A program made the position numbers and the translations under genes. Below are positions 1 to 10,524 of a DNA stretch of 23,191 nucleotides, piece by piece (the stretch's first letter is position 1; the number at the start of each line of letters is the position of its first letter). Location of the stretch: the NCBI GenBank assembly GCA_043228905.1, contig JBHGNT010000486.1:1-23191 (forward strand). Reading direction: 5' to 3'. The stretch comes from Azolla caroliniana. Taxonomy: Eukaryota > Plantae > Polypodiophyta. The notes under the pieces are model-generated. The model worked only from the letters and a program-made list of their open reading frames with translations. It made no database searches and was not told where the DNA came from.

Positions 1-726
1 ACGTATTAATATCCGTATAGTACCTCCCAATTTAAAAATACGTTAAATACGTTTTTTTAATATGTTAAATACTTATAAAATACGTATTTTACGTATAGTA
101 CGTTAAATACTTCTAGAATTTGAAAATTATTTACCTTCCTAAAAAATATCTATAATATTGTAGAAAACATCTATGTTTACACAATTTTGTGATGTACAAT
201 ATAGTTCTACATCCTAAAATACATATAAGACATTTGAACATTTCACATCCTAAAATATTTGTAGTAATATGGATGTCGACATTCCCTTATTCTATAAATC
301 AGTGTTAGTGTGTATCACGATTTTCTACTTAAAATTGTAATTATTTACAATTATGCCTTCATAGATTGAGGAATCTCTTTGTTGTTAAAAAACGCGTATT
401 TTACCCATAGAGTACGTTTTAGAATACCCACACGTATTCTAAATGTATTCTACCTTTTGGAACTATCATTTTTTTATGAGCCTAAATTTGTAAATAATTA
501 AAACTAATAATTTTGTAGGGCTTTTTTTAGTAGTGAAATCAGAAAAAGTAAAGAATTGGGGGTTTTCTGTTTTGACTCACGACTGTCTTCATTTTGTAGC
601 CTAAAGGTTTTTACGCAGGTCTTTAGAAGCAGCCTGCAGGAAGGAAGCATAGTTTTAGTTCATTTTCAAAGAATCAAAGGTAATTTCATCATAATATATG
701 TGCATGTATGAATAATTTTGGTCTGT

Positions 727-1635
727 TTATGCCCAAATGGAATGTGGATTAAAATCTGTTTTGAGGGTCTCAAAACAGAAAATATTTTAGAATATTTAGA
801 AAACTCTGAATTTGAAATAGATTTTCCATGGAATCTAGATTAAGTAACATACATTATTGAGAAAGAGGGCTGAAATTCAAATTTCCATTATGTTATGACT
901 TCCCCATAACTTAATTAACTTATTAAGTGACATATAGGGAGACGATATTAAGTATTTACCATAGATTAGCATGCATATTACATATGCATCATGCATGTTT
1001 GAAATTTGAATGATTTATGTGTGGTTATGCCCAAATGCAAGTAGATTAAGTATATGTCTTGCATATTTAAGAATATTTCAGAAAATAGTAAATACTCTTA
1101 AATAGATTTGAAATTTTCTAAAGGATCGATTAAGTAGCATATATATTTGAGAAAGAGGGCTAGAATTTCCATTATGTGATTACTTTCCCGTATAGTTAAT
1201 TAACTTATTAAAGTAATTAGGTCATAGAATAATAATATACAAATGCACGTTTGAAATTTCAATGATTTCTATTTGTTTATGCCCAAATGCAAGTGGATTA
1301 AAATGTAATTAGAAAGAGCTCTGAAAATTTTCGTTATGTGATGACTTCTATGTGTTTTTGCCCAAATGCAAGTGGATTAAAATCTAATTGAGAAAGAGGG
1401 CTGAAATTTTCGTTATGTAATAGATAATTAACTTATGGTTAAAATTTATGGTTAAAATCATATGTTTAAATCATATACATTGTGACATTGTGGATTCAAT
1501 GTTCATGAATAATTTATAGTTAAAATCATATGTTTAATGATATACATATGTCATCTTCGCATTGTGAATTCATGACTAATTTCTTGTTAAATTCATATGT
1601 TTAAATGATATACATAATCACATTGTGGATTCATG
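727..1635. repeat. Degenerate internal repeats upstream of the transposase
   Basis: TGCCCAAATG(C/G)AAGTGGATTAAAAT-like blocks at ~727, ~1026, ~1277 and ~1358. GAGAAAGAGGGCT blocks at ~859, ~1149 and ~1390. Three AATCATATGTTTAA..ATATACAT-like units at ~1455-1615. Confidence 0.75.
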
Positions 1636-1711
1636 AATCTAGGACAATATATATAAAAGACAACTCTCGAGTCTCTAGAATTCGATATCAGTGGTCACCA
1701 ATTAAGCAACT

Positions 1712-4500
1712 ATGCCACGCAAAGAATCTCCCTTATGGGACAAATATTGTTTGAATAGACAAGTTGGGAAGTCATCTAGGTCCTATTATTGGGATTGCCG
1801 ATTTTGTGGTCTTCATGGGACCAGGACACTAACATGTTTAGTTGCTCACCTTGCTGGAATTAAAGGTGAAGGTATAGACAAGTGTGTGCAAGTAACTCTA
1901 GAGGCATATGAAGAGGCTATAGCGCAAGAAGCCAAAACGCATCAAAGAAGTGGAAGCCAAGGAACAACAAATTGAGTTTAAAGAAGGCATGGTGGATTCA
2001 ATGGTTGATTCAATGTTCCAATCACAACCATCAATAGCCAACACATGTGCCTCATCTAAGAAGGATACAATTGACCAAATTCCTATGGATATTGAAGATA
2101 CAGAAGGTTCAAGAAGAAAAAGTCTCACTCAAAGCACCATAAGGAGAAGATCAAGTGCTACTATGTTGATGAAGAAAGACTATGCAAACACAATGTTGGT
2201 TAGATGCATTGTGGAAGGTAATCTATCTTTTAATCTTTTGAAAATGTCATGTTGGAGGAACATGTTGTTAGCTTTCTCTGATATTGGGGAAAAGTATAGT
2301 GGTATTACCTACAATGATTTAAGAGTTAAGTATTTAAAGAAAGAGCATTTGAATGTGCAACAAAAAGTGGAAAATGTGAAAGCCCTTTGGCCAAAATATG
2401 GAGTTACAATACTTTCAAATGGATGGATTGACACTAGCAAGAGAGCACTTGTGAATATTTTGGTCTCATGTTGTTATGGAACTATGTACCTCAAAACTAT
2501 TGATTGTAGTGGTGTTTCTACAAGGGTTGATGGTCCATGGCTGGCTGAAATGCTTTCAATTGCAATAAAGGAAGTAAAACCCGAAAATGTGGTGCAAATT
2601 GTCACTGACAATGCATCTAATTGTGTTAGCATGGGTCACATTCTAGAGACTAAATTCCCAAGCCTTGTATGGACTCCTTGTGCATCACATTGTCTAGATT
2701 TATTGCTAGAGGATATTGGGAAGTTGTCTTGGGTTCGTCGAGTGCACAAGAGAGCAAATTATGTGGTTAAACTATTCACCAAGAAAAGGAATGCGCGGAA
2801 AATTTTCAGCAACTATTCGTCTCTTGTGCTTCTTAGGCCAAGTGCCACTCGATTTGGCTACATTCTTATTGTCCTTGAGAGGCTTGCAAGAGTTTGGAGA
2901 GCTCTTGAACAAACTGTGGTTAGCAACTATTGGGAGGATTGGAGTGACTCCAAAAAGCCAGATGTTGTCAAGGTGAAGTCCATTGTGCAAGACAACTCTA
3001 CTTTGCCTTCAATTATGATTGTAATTTCTATTATGCGCCCACTGTTTTCTGTTTTGCGGCTAACTGATCGTGAAGGATCTACAATGGGCTTACTTTATGA
3101 ATTCATGAGGAGGGCTAGAGACACATTGCAACGAGGAGCGAGAGAAGACACATCAAACAAAGACAGGTAATTTATTCTAATATTATTATTTCTATGTAGT
3201 ATGTAGTATGTACAATTGTTATTTATTGTATCTTTTTCATTTCTTTGAATCATTGTTATCATCGATGTTATGCATATTTCCAATAATTGATTTCTATAAT
3301 ATTCATATTTATGTTAATGCAGATATAAAGAGGTTTTGGAATGCTTTGATTGTCGTTGGTCATGGTTCAAAAAGCCAATTCATATTGTTGCACATATTTT
3401 GCATCCTTTATGGAAGCCCAAAGATCAACCAATAGTTATGAATGCAGAGATGACAGATGGATGGCTTGGGTATATTCAAAAGGTATATTCTATAGATGAA
3501 TGTGAAATCTTACAAGATCAATTTGACATGTATAGAAATGGTGTGGGCCGATTTAGCAATGAACTATCAAAATCACACATTGCAAAATGCAAACCTGTCT
3601 CATGGTGGGAAAGATATGGGGACAATGTGCCCTTACTACAATCATTAGCTTGTCGAGTATTGTCTCAGGTATTATAGTTTTTTTTTTAAAATTGTGTCAA
3701 TGTTATTAATCTTCTACAATGACATATATTCATGTTGTTTGTTGAATACTTTGTGTCATAGGATTGCTCTTCTAGAGCTGCTAAAAGAAATTGGAATGCA
3801 CATGCGTTGGCACATACAAAAAGGAGGAATCGTTTGAAGGTGAAACAAGTGGAGAGATTAGTATATGTTAGAGAAAACTTAAGGCTTGTTCGGAGCTTTC
3901 AAACTCATGTTGGTCTTCCAATGCAGGTCTACATCTTTCTTATTCATATTTGACATTTGACGTTTAGAGTCTAGACAAGTCATTTATAGGTTAATTAACG
4001 AGCCTTGTGAATTGGTTATGGTTTTAAAATTATCAATCATGATCATGATACTATGATATTATTTGATTTAGGTTAATCCAGATGAGATAGACATTGACAA
4101 GACTCCTGAAATGCCTCCATCAACAACCGATATTGACACTCAAGTCGCACAAACATATTTTGAGGAAGCTGAGGCTTTGCATATTGGTCAGGTTACTCGG
4201 AGTAGATCTAAGTTTGCCACTATGATAGTGGATGAAGGACTGGTAGGTTCAAGTTCTAGCACTATTAGAGGAGGTCGTGTTCGTAGTCATGCTTGTGTGA
4301 GAGTTTCAAGTACAAGAAGGGTACTTATTCGACAAGCTACAAATATTCCTTGCAATGTTGAATATGGTAATGATGATGGAGAACAAGAGGATGAAGACAT
4401 TGACAATGACACAATTGATTCATTTTCTGATAGTGATTATGTGGACAACTATGATGATACAACTGAATCCTCGAATGATGATATAGAAGAGGAAATATAA
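1712..4500 (+). pseudogene. hAT transposase, inactivated; exons 1712-3166, 3323-3668, 3762-3926, 4072-4500
   Basis: BED finger (W..Y...CRFC...HLAG...C), then a frameshift at ~1930-1950. Core motifs: GVTILS[N]GW, VVQIVTDNASN, WTPCASHCLDL, LLRPSATRF, RW...IH..AHILHP. Dimerisation domain: WWERYG..P.LQ.LA.RVLSQ-DCSSRAA[K]RNW...HTKRRNRL...LVYVRENL, followed by an acidic tail. GT-AG introns 3167-3322, 3669-3761 and 3927-4071 all keep the reading frame. Confidence 0.9.
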
Positions 4501-4965
4501 TTGAAAATAGAATGAAGATCATTTATTACTGGTTTTTACATATTCATTTGAATTAGAGAACCAATAACTATGAGTATGAAGAAATTCTAAGTTCTAAATT
4601 AGTAAATTCTAATAGTATTTTGATCACTCTATTCATTTTCCACGATTTGAGTGTTGAAATGATATGTGTTTTCATTTTGATTCGAATTTCAAACTTCAAT
4701 TGTGTTCACCACTTTCATTTTAATTTATAAAATATGTATATCATGTGTATTGAAACATAGATAACCATGTGGTATCCATGGAGAATAAAGATAATTGGTA
4801 TTTACTCTATAGTAATCAAATTTCAAGTATCTTTGTATTCAACGTATTTAACGTATTCAACGTATTTTACCTTTAAAATACATATTCTAAGAACTTATAT
4901 ATATTTTTTAGAATACTTATAAAATACGTAGCATACGTATTGTACACGTACGGTATGCTACGTAT

Positions 4966-4977
4966 GTTACAACCATG
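4966..4977 (-). repeat. Putative right TIR of the hAT element
   Basis: GTTACAACCATG lies exactly where the subterminal ACGTA array stops. A similar AAACAACCAGG ends the second array at 5396. Confidence 0.6.
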
Positions 4978-5396
4978 AGGAATCGTCTATGATTATCACA
5001 CTCATGATAGGTTTCTCTTTTCTTCGTTTTCTTCTTCTCTATCTTCTATCTACTGCGATTATCACACTTAGGACAGGTTTATGTCTTCTTTTCTCTCTTC
5101 TTCTTCTTCTTCTTCTTCTTCTTCTTCTTCATCGTCGTCTCTTCTATTCTTCTTCCTTCCTTCCTTTGGCTTCTTTTTCACTAAAATCTTTTTTTCTTTT
5201 GCTTTTTATTAGGGTTTTACTTACATTTTCTTTATAAATACGTATTATACCTGTTTTTTTATAAATACGTTAATTATCGTATTGGACAAATGTACATGAT
5301 ATTTGACTGAACAACATTGAGGTATAGTACATACTATACAAATGATGAGGTACTATACGTATTTAAACGTTAAATATGGGTACGTAAACAACCAGG
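4978..5396 (-). mobile_element. Inverted left-end remnant of a related hAT element
   Basis: 5347-5359 GAGGTACTATACG is the exact reverse complement of 14-26 CGTATAGTACCTC. TACGT motifs occur at 5238-5385. The segment ends in a TIR-like ACAACCAGG (5388-5396). Confidence 0.6.
5097..5130. repeat. (CTT)11 microsatellite
   Basis: Read directly. Confidence 0.95.
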
Positions 5397-5400
5397 AGCC

Positions 5401-5925
5401 ATTTATAAACATTGCAATAATTGAATAAATAGTTGTTTCTCTTCAAAGATTGATTTATAAACATTGCAATAATTTGTGAAGGTTTCTATGAAAGCATTGA
5501 TTTGTAACATAAATTTCAAAATAAACATTGCAATAATTGAATAAATTGTTGTTTCTCTTCAAAGATTGATTTGTAAATCTTTGTCAATGCTATTTTAATC
5601 ATTAGATTTATTTCTAAATTTACTCCTCTAACATAAGAAATCATGAATTGTTTTTTACGATGATCGAGCGTTTTACATGAAATTAGCTCCTCTAACATAA
5701 GAAATCATGAATTGTTTTTTACAATGATCAGGCTTTTTACATGAAATTAGCTCCTCTAACATAAGAAAGCGTGATTTTTTTTCATGATGATCGGGCTTTT
5801 TACATGAAATTAGCTCCTCGAACATAAGAAATCAACCTTCTAGTAGAACATTTTGCTTGTTATGCATCAATTGGATCCTCAACATACGAAATCAACCTTC
5901 TAATAGGGAATTTTGCTTGTGCATC
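5401..5925. repeat. Tandem repeat cluster: duplicated ATAAACATTGCAATAATT...TCAAAGATTGATTT block, then a ~64-bp unit x4-5
   Basis: Units beginning CTCCTC(T/G)AACATAAGAAA start at 5623, 5687, 5751 and 5814, with a diverged copy at ~5876. Confidence 0.85.
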
Positions 5926-6913
5926 TAATATGATAGCACTTATTTGTGAGGGATTTTTCCTAATGATTGGAGAGGTAGAAATAATGTATGGAACATAATT
6001 TCTATTTTTATTGATGATTTTCTTGTTTTTGAAAGTTTGGAACATAGTTCCAATTTTGTTTCATGTAATTTTGTCATGAAACAATGTAATTTTCTATGAA
6101 AAGCGCACTTAATAGACTGGTGCACTTAAGTGGACACACAGTTAACCGAATGGTTACTGTACATGTATATATACGTGTACACACAAGACAATTACATAAA
6201 TACACTAACATTCTTTAATTTACTGAAATATCTGAACACTTTAACTTGCACATAAGTCACACATGCACACACTTAAAAACATTTAACTATCAAGAGCATC
6301 CTAAGGAAGTTGAAAAACATAAAACCAACCGTTACTAGGATCTGGAAGTCATCAACTCAAGCCAACCCCATCTTTCTTGGTTTAATATTGACCAATAGCC
6401 CATTAAAGTATCTCATGAGCCCATTGCTTTCGACCCATGAAACATAGTATTGGTTATTTCAGCAACTACTCGGAGATAAATGCATCCTACTCTAGGGTTT
6501 CATAATATACGTATGAAAGATAACTTATATCAAACTAAAGTTAATCATGGATTCGTTCACTGAGCATATTGGTGACATTGTTTGTTCGTATTGAGTTCAC
6601 ATTTTGACAATTCATAACTTGTGTTGTCAAGACTAACTCTCCTAACTTCCAGTGGAGCAAGAAATTCCCACCTTTTTCTTCATCATGTTGTAACTCTTTC
6701 CTCGTCTCTTATGGCCAATTTCTCATTGAATTAATTAAGTTTGAGTAAAACTTTCATTTCTTTATTATTCCAAAATGTGGATTGTAGTCAAAATGCCAAT
6801 TTGTTCTTTTCACTAAGCTTCACATGACACATCTCCATCCTCATTTGGAGATGATGATGTTGTTTTCAACAAGGTACATACTTTCTTTATTTTGGTGTTG
6901 AATTTTCTGAATA

Positions 6914-7044
6914 GTCTTTTTTGCATTTTCAAGCTACATACTCAACGTATTCATTGTATCTTGTCTTTTTTGCATTTTCAAGCTACACACTCAACGTATT
7001 CATTGTATCTTGTCTTTTTTGCATTTTCAAGCTACATACACAAC
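6914..7044. repeat. 49-bp tandem repeat, ~2.7 copies
   Basis: GTCTTTTTTGCATTTTCAAGCTACA... starts at 6914, 6963 and 7012. Confidence 0.9.
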
Positions 7045-7282
7045 TTCTTCATTATATGAAGAAAACTCAACAACTTATTCATTGTACATGATGAAAATTG
7101 AACTTGTAGAACGAACTAATTGCGACAACCACAAAAGTGTCTTACAAAAGTAAATTGCCATAATATCTCCATATTTTTATTTTCAATATAATGATAGGTA
7201 GTTGTTGTGCCTGACACACACACACACAGAGGACAAAAGACCAGGGCAGCTTATTCAATTGAGGATTCAAGGCAAACATTAT

Positions 7283-7497
7283 GGGGGAATGTCAACATGA
7301 GTGGGAAAACACCGCAACTTTTATGCTCCATGCCTAGGTTTTCCAGACCCATTATGTTTATGCTCAATTAACTCTAGCTTTTCCAAGGTGGACGGGGGAT
7401 GTCCACATGAATGCGAAAGCACCACAACTTTTTTACGGAGTGAGCCTTAGGTTTTCCAAACCCATTGCATTTTATGTTCAATTAGCCCTAGCTTTTT
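7283..7497. repeat. Diverged ~112-bp tandem duplication upstream of the chitinase
   Basis: GGGGGA(A)TGTC.ACATGA...CAACTTTT...TAGGTTTTCCA.ACCCATT...CTAGCTTTT occurs twice (~7283 and ~7395). Confidence 0.75.
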
Positions 7498-7529
7498 TTT
7501 AAAACATCCACCTAATGGTGAGAAGGTCA

Positions 7530-7535
7530 GGTCAA
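7530..7535 (-). promoter_or_regulatory. W-box (TTGACC), candidate WRKY site
   Basis: GGTCAA at 7530-7535 is directly preceded by a second GGTCA (7525-7529), ~340 bp upstream of a PR-3-type gene. A motif this short can occur by chance. Confidence 0.3.
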
Positions 7536-7697
7536 TCGCACATCATATTGCATCAACTTCGTAGGGTCCATTACCATGTCCCTTTCGTGGAAAAGACTTT
7601 TGGTGCGTTCCTTTCTTGAAAAAAAACACATTGTGGTGCCTTGGGTGTGTGCGAAAGACTTTGATTTCACGATGCTTTCTTCTTCTTCTTCATGTGG

Positions 7698-7771
7698 GTG
7701 TGTGTATATATATGTATATACATATACATATATATATATATATATATCCACACACACATATACATACATAT
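7698..7771. repeat. Compound (GT)/(TA)/(CA) microsatellite in the chitinase proximal promoter or 5'UTR
   Basis: Read directly. Confidence 0.9.
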
Positions 7772-7874
7772 GTGTCTGTCTCCAGAGTCCAAGGGCATAC
7801 AAAATTAGCGAATTAAAATAAGCAATTATTTATTCAGATATAATTAACATTAATATTTATTTACTTTATTGTCG

Positions 7875-8769
7875 ATGACTTCCATGGCGAAGGAATACAG
7901 AGGCGCCATCGCCGCCTTCTTCTTGGCGTTTCTGCTCCTGAACGGCGCCTCCATCTTCTGTGAGGCACAGGATAGCGTCTCCTCCATCATCACCAGCGAC
8001 ATCTTCGATCAGTTCCTCTCCCAACGGAACTCGGCTCCTGCAAACGGCTTCTACACCTACGACGCCTTCCTCGACGCAGCCGGCTCCTACGGCGGCTTCG
8101 GGACCACAGGCGGCTCCGACGTGCAGAAGCGCGAGCTCGCGGCGTTCTTCGCCAACATAGCGCACGAGACAGGAAGTATGTGATGAATCATGAATGTGAC
8201 AGACAGACAGACAGACAGTACCCAAAAACCCTAATGATTCTCTGTCTGTCACTGTGTTTTGCTCTATATGTATGTATGTATATATTTTTATGTATGGATC
8301 TATGGAGCCATAATGTGTTGGTATATACATATATTTTGTGGTCTCAGGTGGACAATACATAGAGGAGATTAACAAGGACACTTATTGTGACACTTCGTCC
8401 GGTATCCCGTGCGCACCCGGTGTACAGTACTATGGCCGCGGCCCCATCCAACTAACGTGGAACTACAACTACAAGGCGGCCGGAGACGCCATCGGGTTCG
8501 ATGGGATCAACAACCCCGGCATTGTCGCATCCGATCCCGGCATCTCCTTCAAGACGGCCGTCTGGTACTGGATGACCCAAGCTTCGCCCACGTGCCATGA
8601 TGCCATCGTGAATGGCAACGGGTTTGGCGCCACCATCAATGCCATCAACGGGGCCCTCGAGTGTGGAAGCAACCCTAGCAACCCAGGTGGCCAACAAAGC
8701 CGGATCCAGCTCTACCAGTCGTTCTGCGGCACCTTGGGTGTAGACCCGGGATCTAACCTCTCTTGTTGA
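7875..8769 (+). CDS. Secreted GH19 endochitinase (PR-3-like), no chitin-binding domain; exons 7875-8175 and 8348-8769; 240 aa (237 aa if started at ATG 7884)
   Basis: Signal peptide ([24 protein letters not shown]). GH19 motifs: [70 protein letters not shown], and C-terminal [11 protein letters not shown] phase-1 GT-AG intron joins the two listed ORFs with no stops. Confidence 0.96.
8176..8347 (+). other. Chitinase intron (172 bp, phase 1)
   Basis: Donor GGAA|GTATGT and acceptor TCTCAG|GT restore HETGSGQYIEE. Confidence 0.9.
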
Positions 8770-8890
8770 ATAAAAACATGTGTGTCATATGAAAATGCTA
8801 ACTAGTGCTAGCTGAATAATACAACTTGGCATGATGTGCTTTGGCTATCACATTTAAAATGGCCACATTGTAACATTCTCATTGAATAAA
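8769..8890 (+). terminator. Candidate polyadenylation signals of the chitinase
   Basis: AATAAA at 8769-8774 (overlapping the stop codon) and at 8885-8890. Confidence 0.4.
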
Positions 8891-10524
8891 TAGATTCACC
8901 CTTTATCCACTCTTTCCAAATAATTGCTCACTGATGATATTGTCAAAAAAGAGAAAAGACTAGTGCAAGAGTTAGTATTCAATGTATACCCACTCTTTCC
9001 AAATAACTCTTCAGCAAGGGTCAAAAAAGCGAAAATACTAGACCATACATGCGTGGATAGCTTAAATTTTGTTTGGTAAAGATTATCGATAAATTGGAAG
9101 AAGATAGATGAGTTTTTGAGCTGAAAACTATCTATACATATTCTATACAGTAGGGGCACATGAAATGGTTAATAAGGAAAAAAATTATAGCGACCATATT
9201 AACAAAATCTCCATTGGTGGGATCGAAATGCTTAATATATCATGTCTAGTTAAATCATATCATTGGGGCTATTATCTTTAGTTATCACATGGAGGACATG
9301 CAAGTATAGCATTAAAAGGAGTATGAGTTATTTCATGCAGTGGTTAGATGTTCGATGGATGAAGTAGGGTTAGTACATTTAGGAACACCTTGTCCAACCT
9401 TGGTAAAACTAGCTGAATCTTAAATATTTTTCTCTTTGATTTAGACAAACATAAATAGTCGAGAAGTTAATTTGGAGCCTATTATCATTAGATTTATGAT
9501 TGACATTATCACACTAGGCATGGCTAGCTTGTGACATTAACCATGAGGTTAAATTCATTATTATCTACATTATTTAGTGATTACAATTTACAACCATGAG
9601 GCAATGCTGGTGAAGAATGTGGTGAGCTCATACTTCCTAACATCAATGGCAAGGTTTTAAAGATGCTATTCATTATGGATGAGACAATTGCAACTGTAGT
9701 TAGTGCAAGGGCCACTCTAGCAACCTATGCCACAATAAGCCATATTCACTACAACATAGGTATTCAATTTAGCACATGTTGCACCTTCATCTTGTCTCGT
9801 GCATTTTTGTGCATTTCACATGGCACCACATATCATTACTCACACTATTACCACCACATTAATGATGAGTTGATGCTTGGAAGGAGGTTGCCATGGCAAA
9901 TTTGTCTAGTGCGAATAACAAAATTTAATGATAGGTGAATGACTAAGACACGTTCATTATAATTTAATACTTGGCATGTTGTCTTTTGTAAGAACCATTT
10001 GGTATAAAAGGCCGACTCCTTCCACTTTGTATCCTTACTAGTGTGAACACGTCCAATAGTTAGGGCTTGAGTTATAAGCCCTAACCTAACGTTGTAATAG
10101 GAGCTGTTGATCATTCTTGTACCTCGAGTCTTGTAGAGAGAGAGAGAGAGAGAGAAAGAACAGAAATAAAGAGAGCTTCCATTAAAGCTTCGAGTTTGTC
10201 TATCTACCGTTTCCTCTGTCATACTATCTGTGTTGTCTGTTATGCATAACCGACAGGTCCCCACATACTTCCGCGTACATACAGAACACCATATCTAACA
10301 AGTGGTATCAGAGCGACCTACTATTCGGTAGCAACAAAACATACTATCTGTGTTGTCTGTTATGTATAACCGACAGGTCCCCACATACTTCCGCATACAT
10401 ACAGAACACCATATGTAACAAGTGGTATCAGAGCAACCTACTATTCGGTGGCAACAAAACAGTAGAAAGAATTGAAGAAAAAGACTAGGTCAGTCAAAAA
10501 TCTCACAATCTTTCCAAATAGAAT

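Larger units (their letters stand above)
1..4977 (+). mobile_element. hAT (Ac/Tag1-like, DUF659-type) DNA transposon, near full length; left terminus just outside the window
   Basis: Contains a hAT transposase gene. ACGTA/TACGT subterminal motifs cluster at 1-110, ~390-440 and 4840-4965. The right end GTTACAACCATG (4966-4977) reads CATGGTTGTAAC on the minus strand, a plausible hAT-type TIR. Confidence 0.85.

Noticed and set aside
4989-5237. 82-aa Leu-rich ORF
   Set aside because: A product of the (CTT)n and pyrimidine tract inside a transposon end.
5623-5925. Regularly spaced ~64-bp repeats as a CRISPR array
   Set aside because: The intervening sequences are themselves repeated rather than unique spacers, there are no cas genes, and the context is eukaryotic.
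7527-7821. Three overlapping YIYI-rich ORFs
   Set aside because: Translations of the TA/CA microsatellite.
7866-8697. Antisense and alternate-frame ORFs over the chitinase
   Set aside because: Shadow ORFs caused by the GC-rich codon usage of the real gene.
7875-8769. Recent bacterial horizontal transfer of the chitinase
   Set aside because: It has a spliceosomal intron just after HET, a plant-type signal peptide and a plant-type C-terminus; high GC alone is not evidence.
10059-10085. 10-bp inverted repeat GTTAGGGCTT/AAGCCCTAAC as an interstitial telomere or terminator
   Set aside because: A single short hairpin within an LTR; there is no TTTAGGG array.
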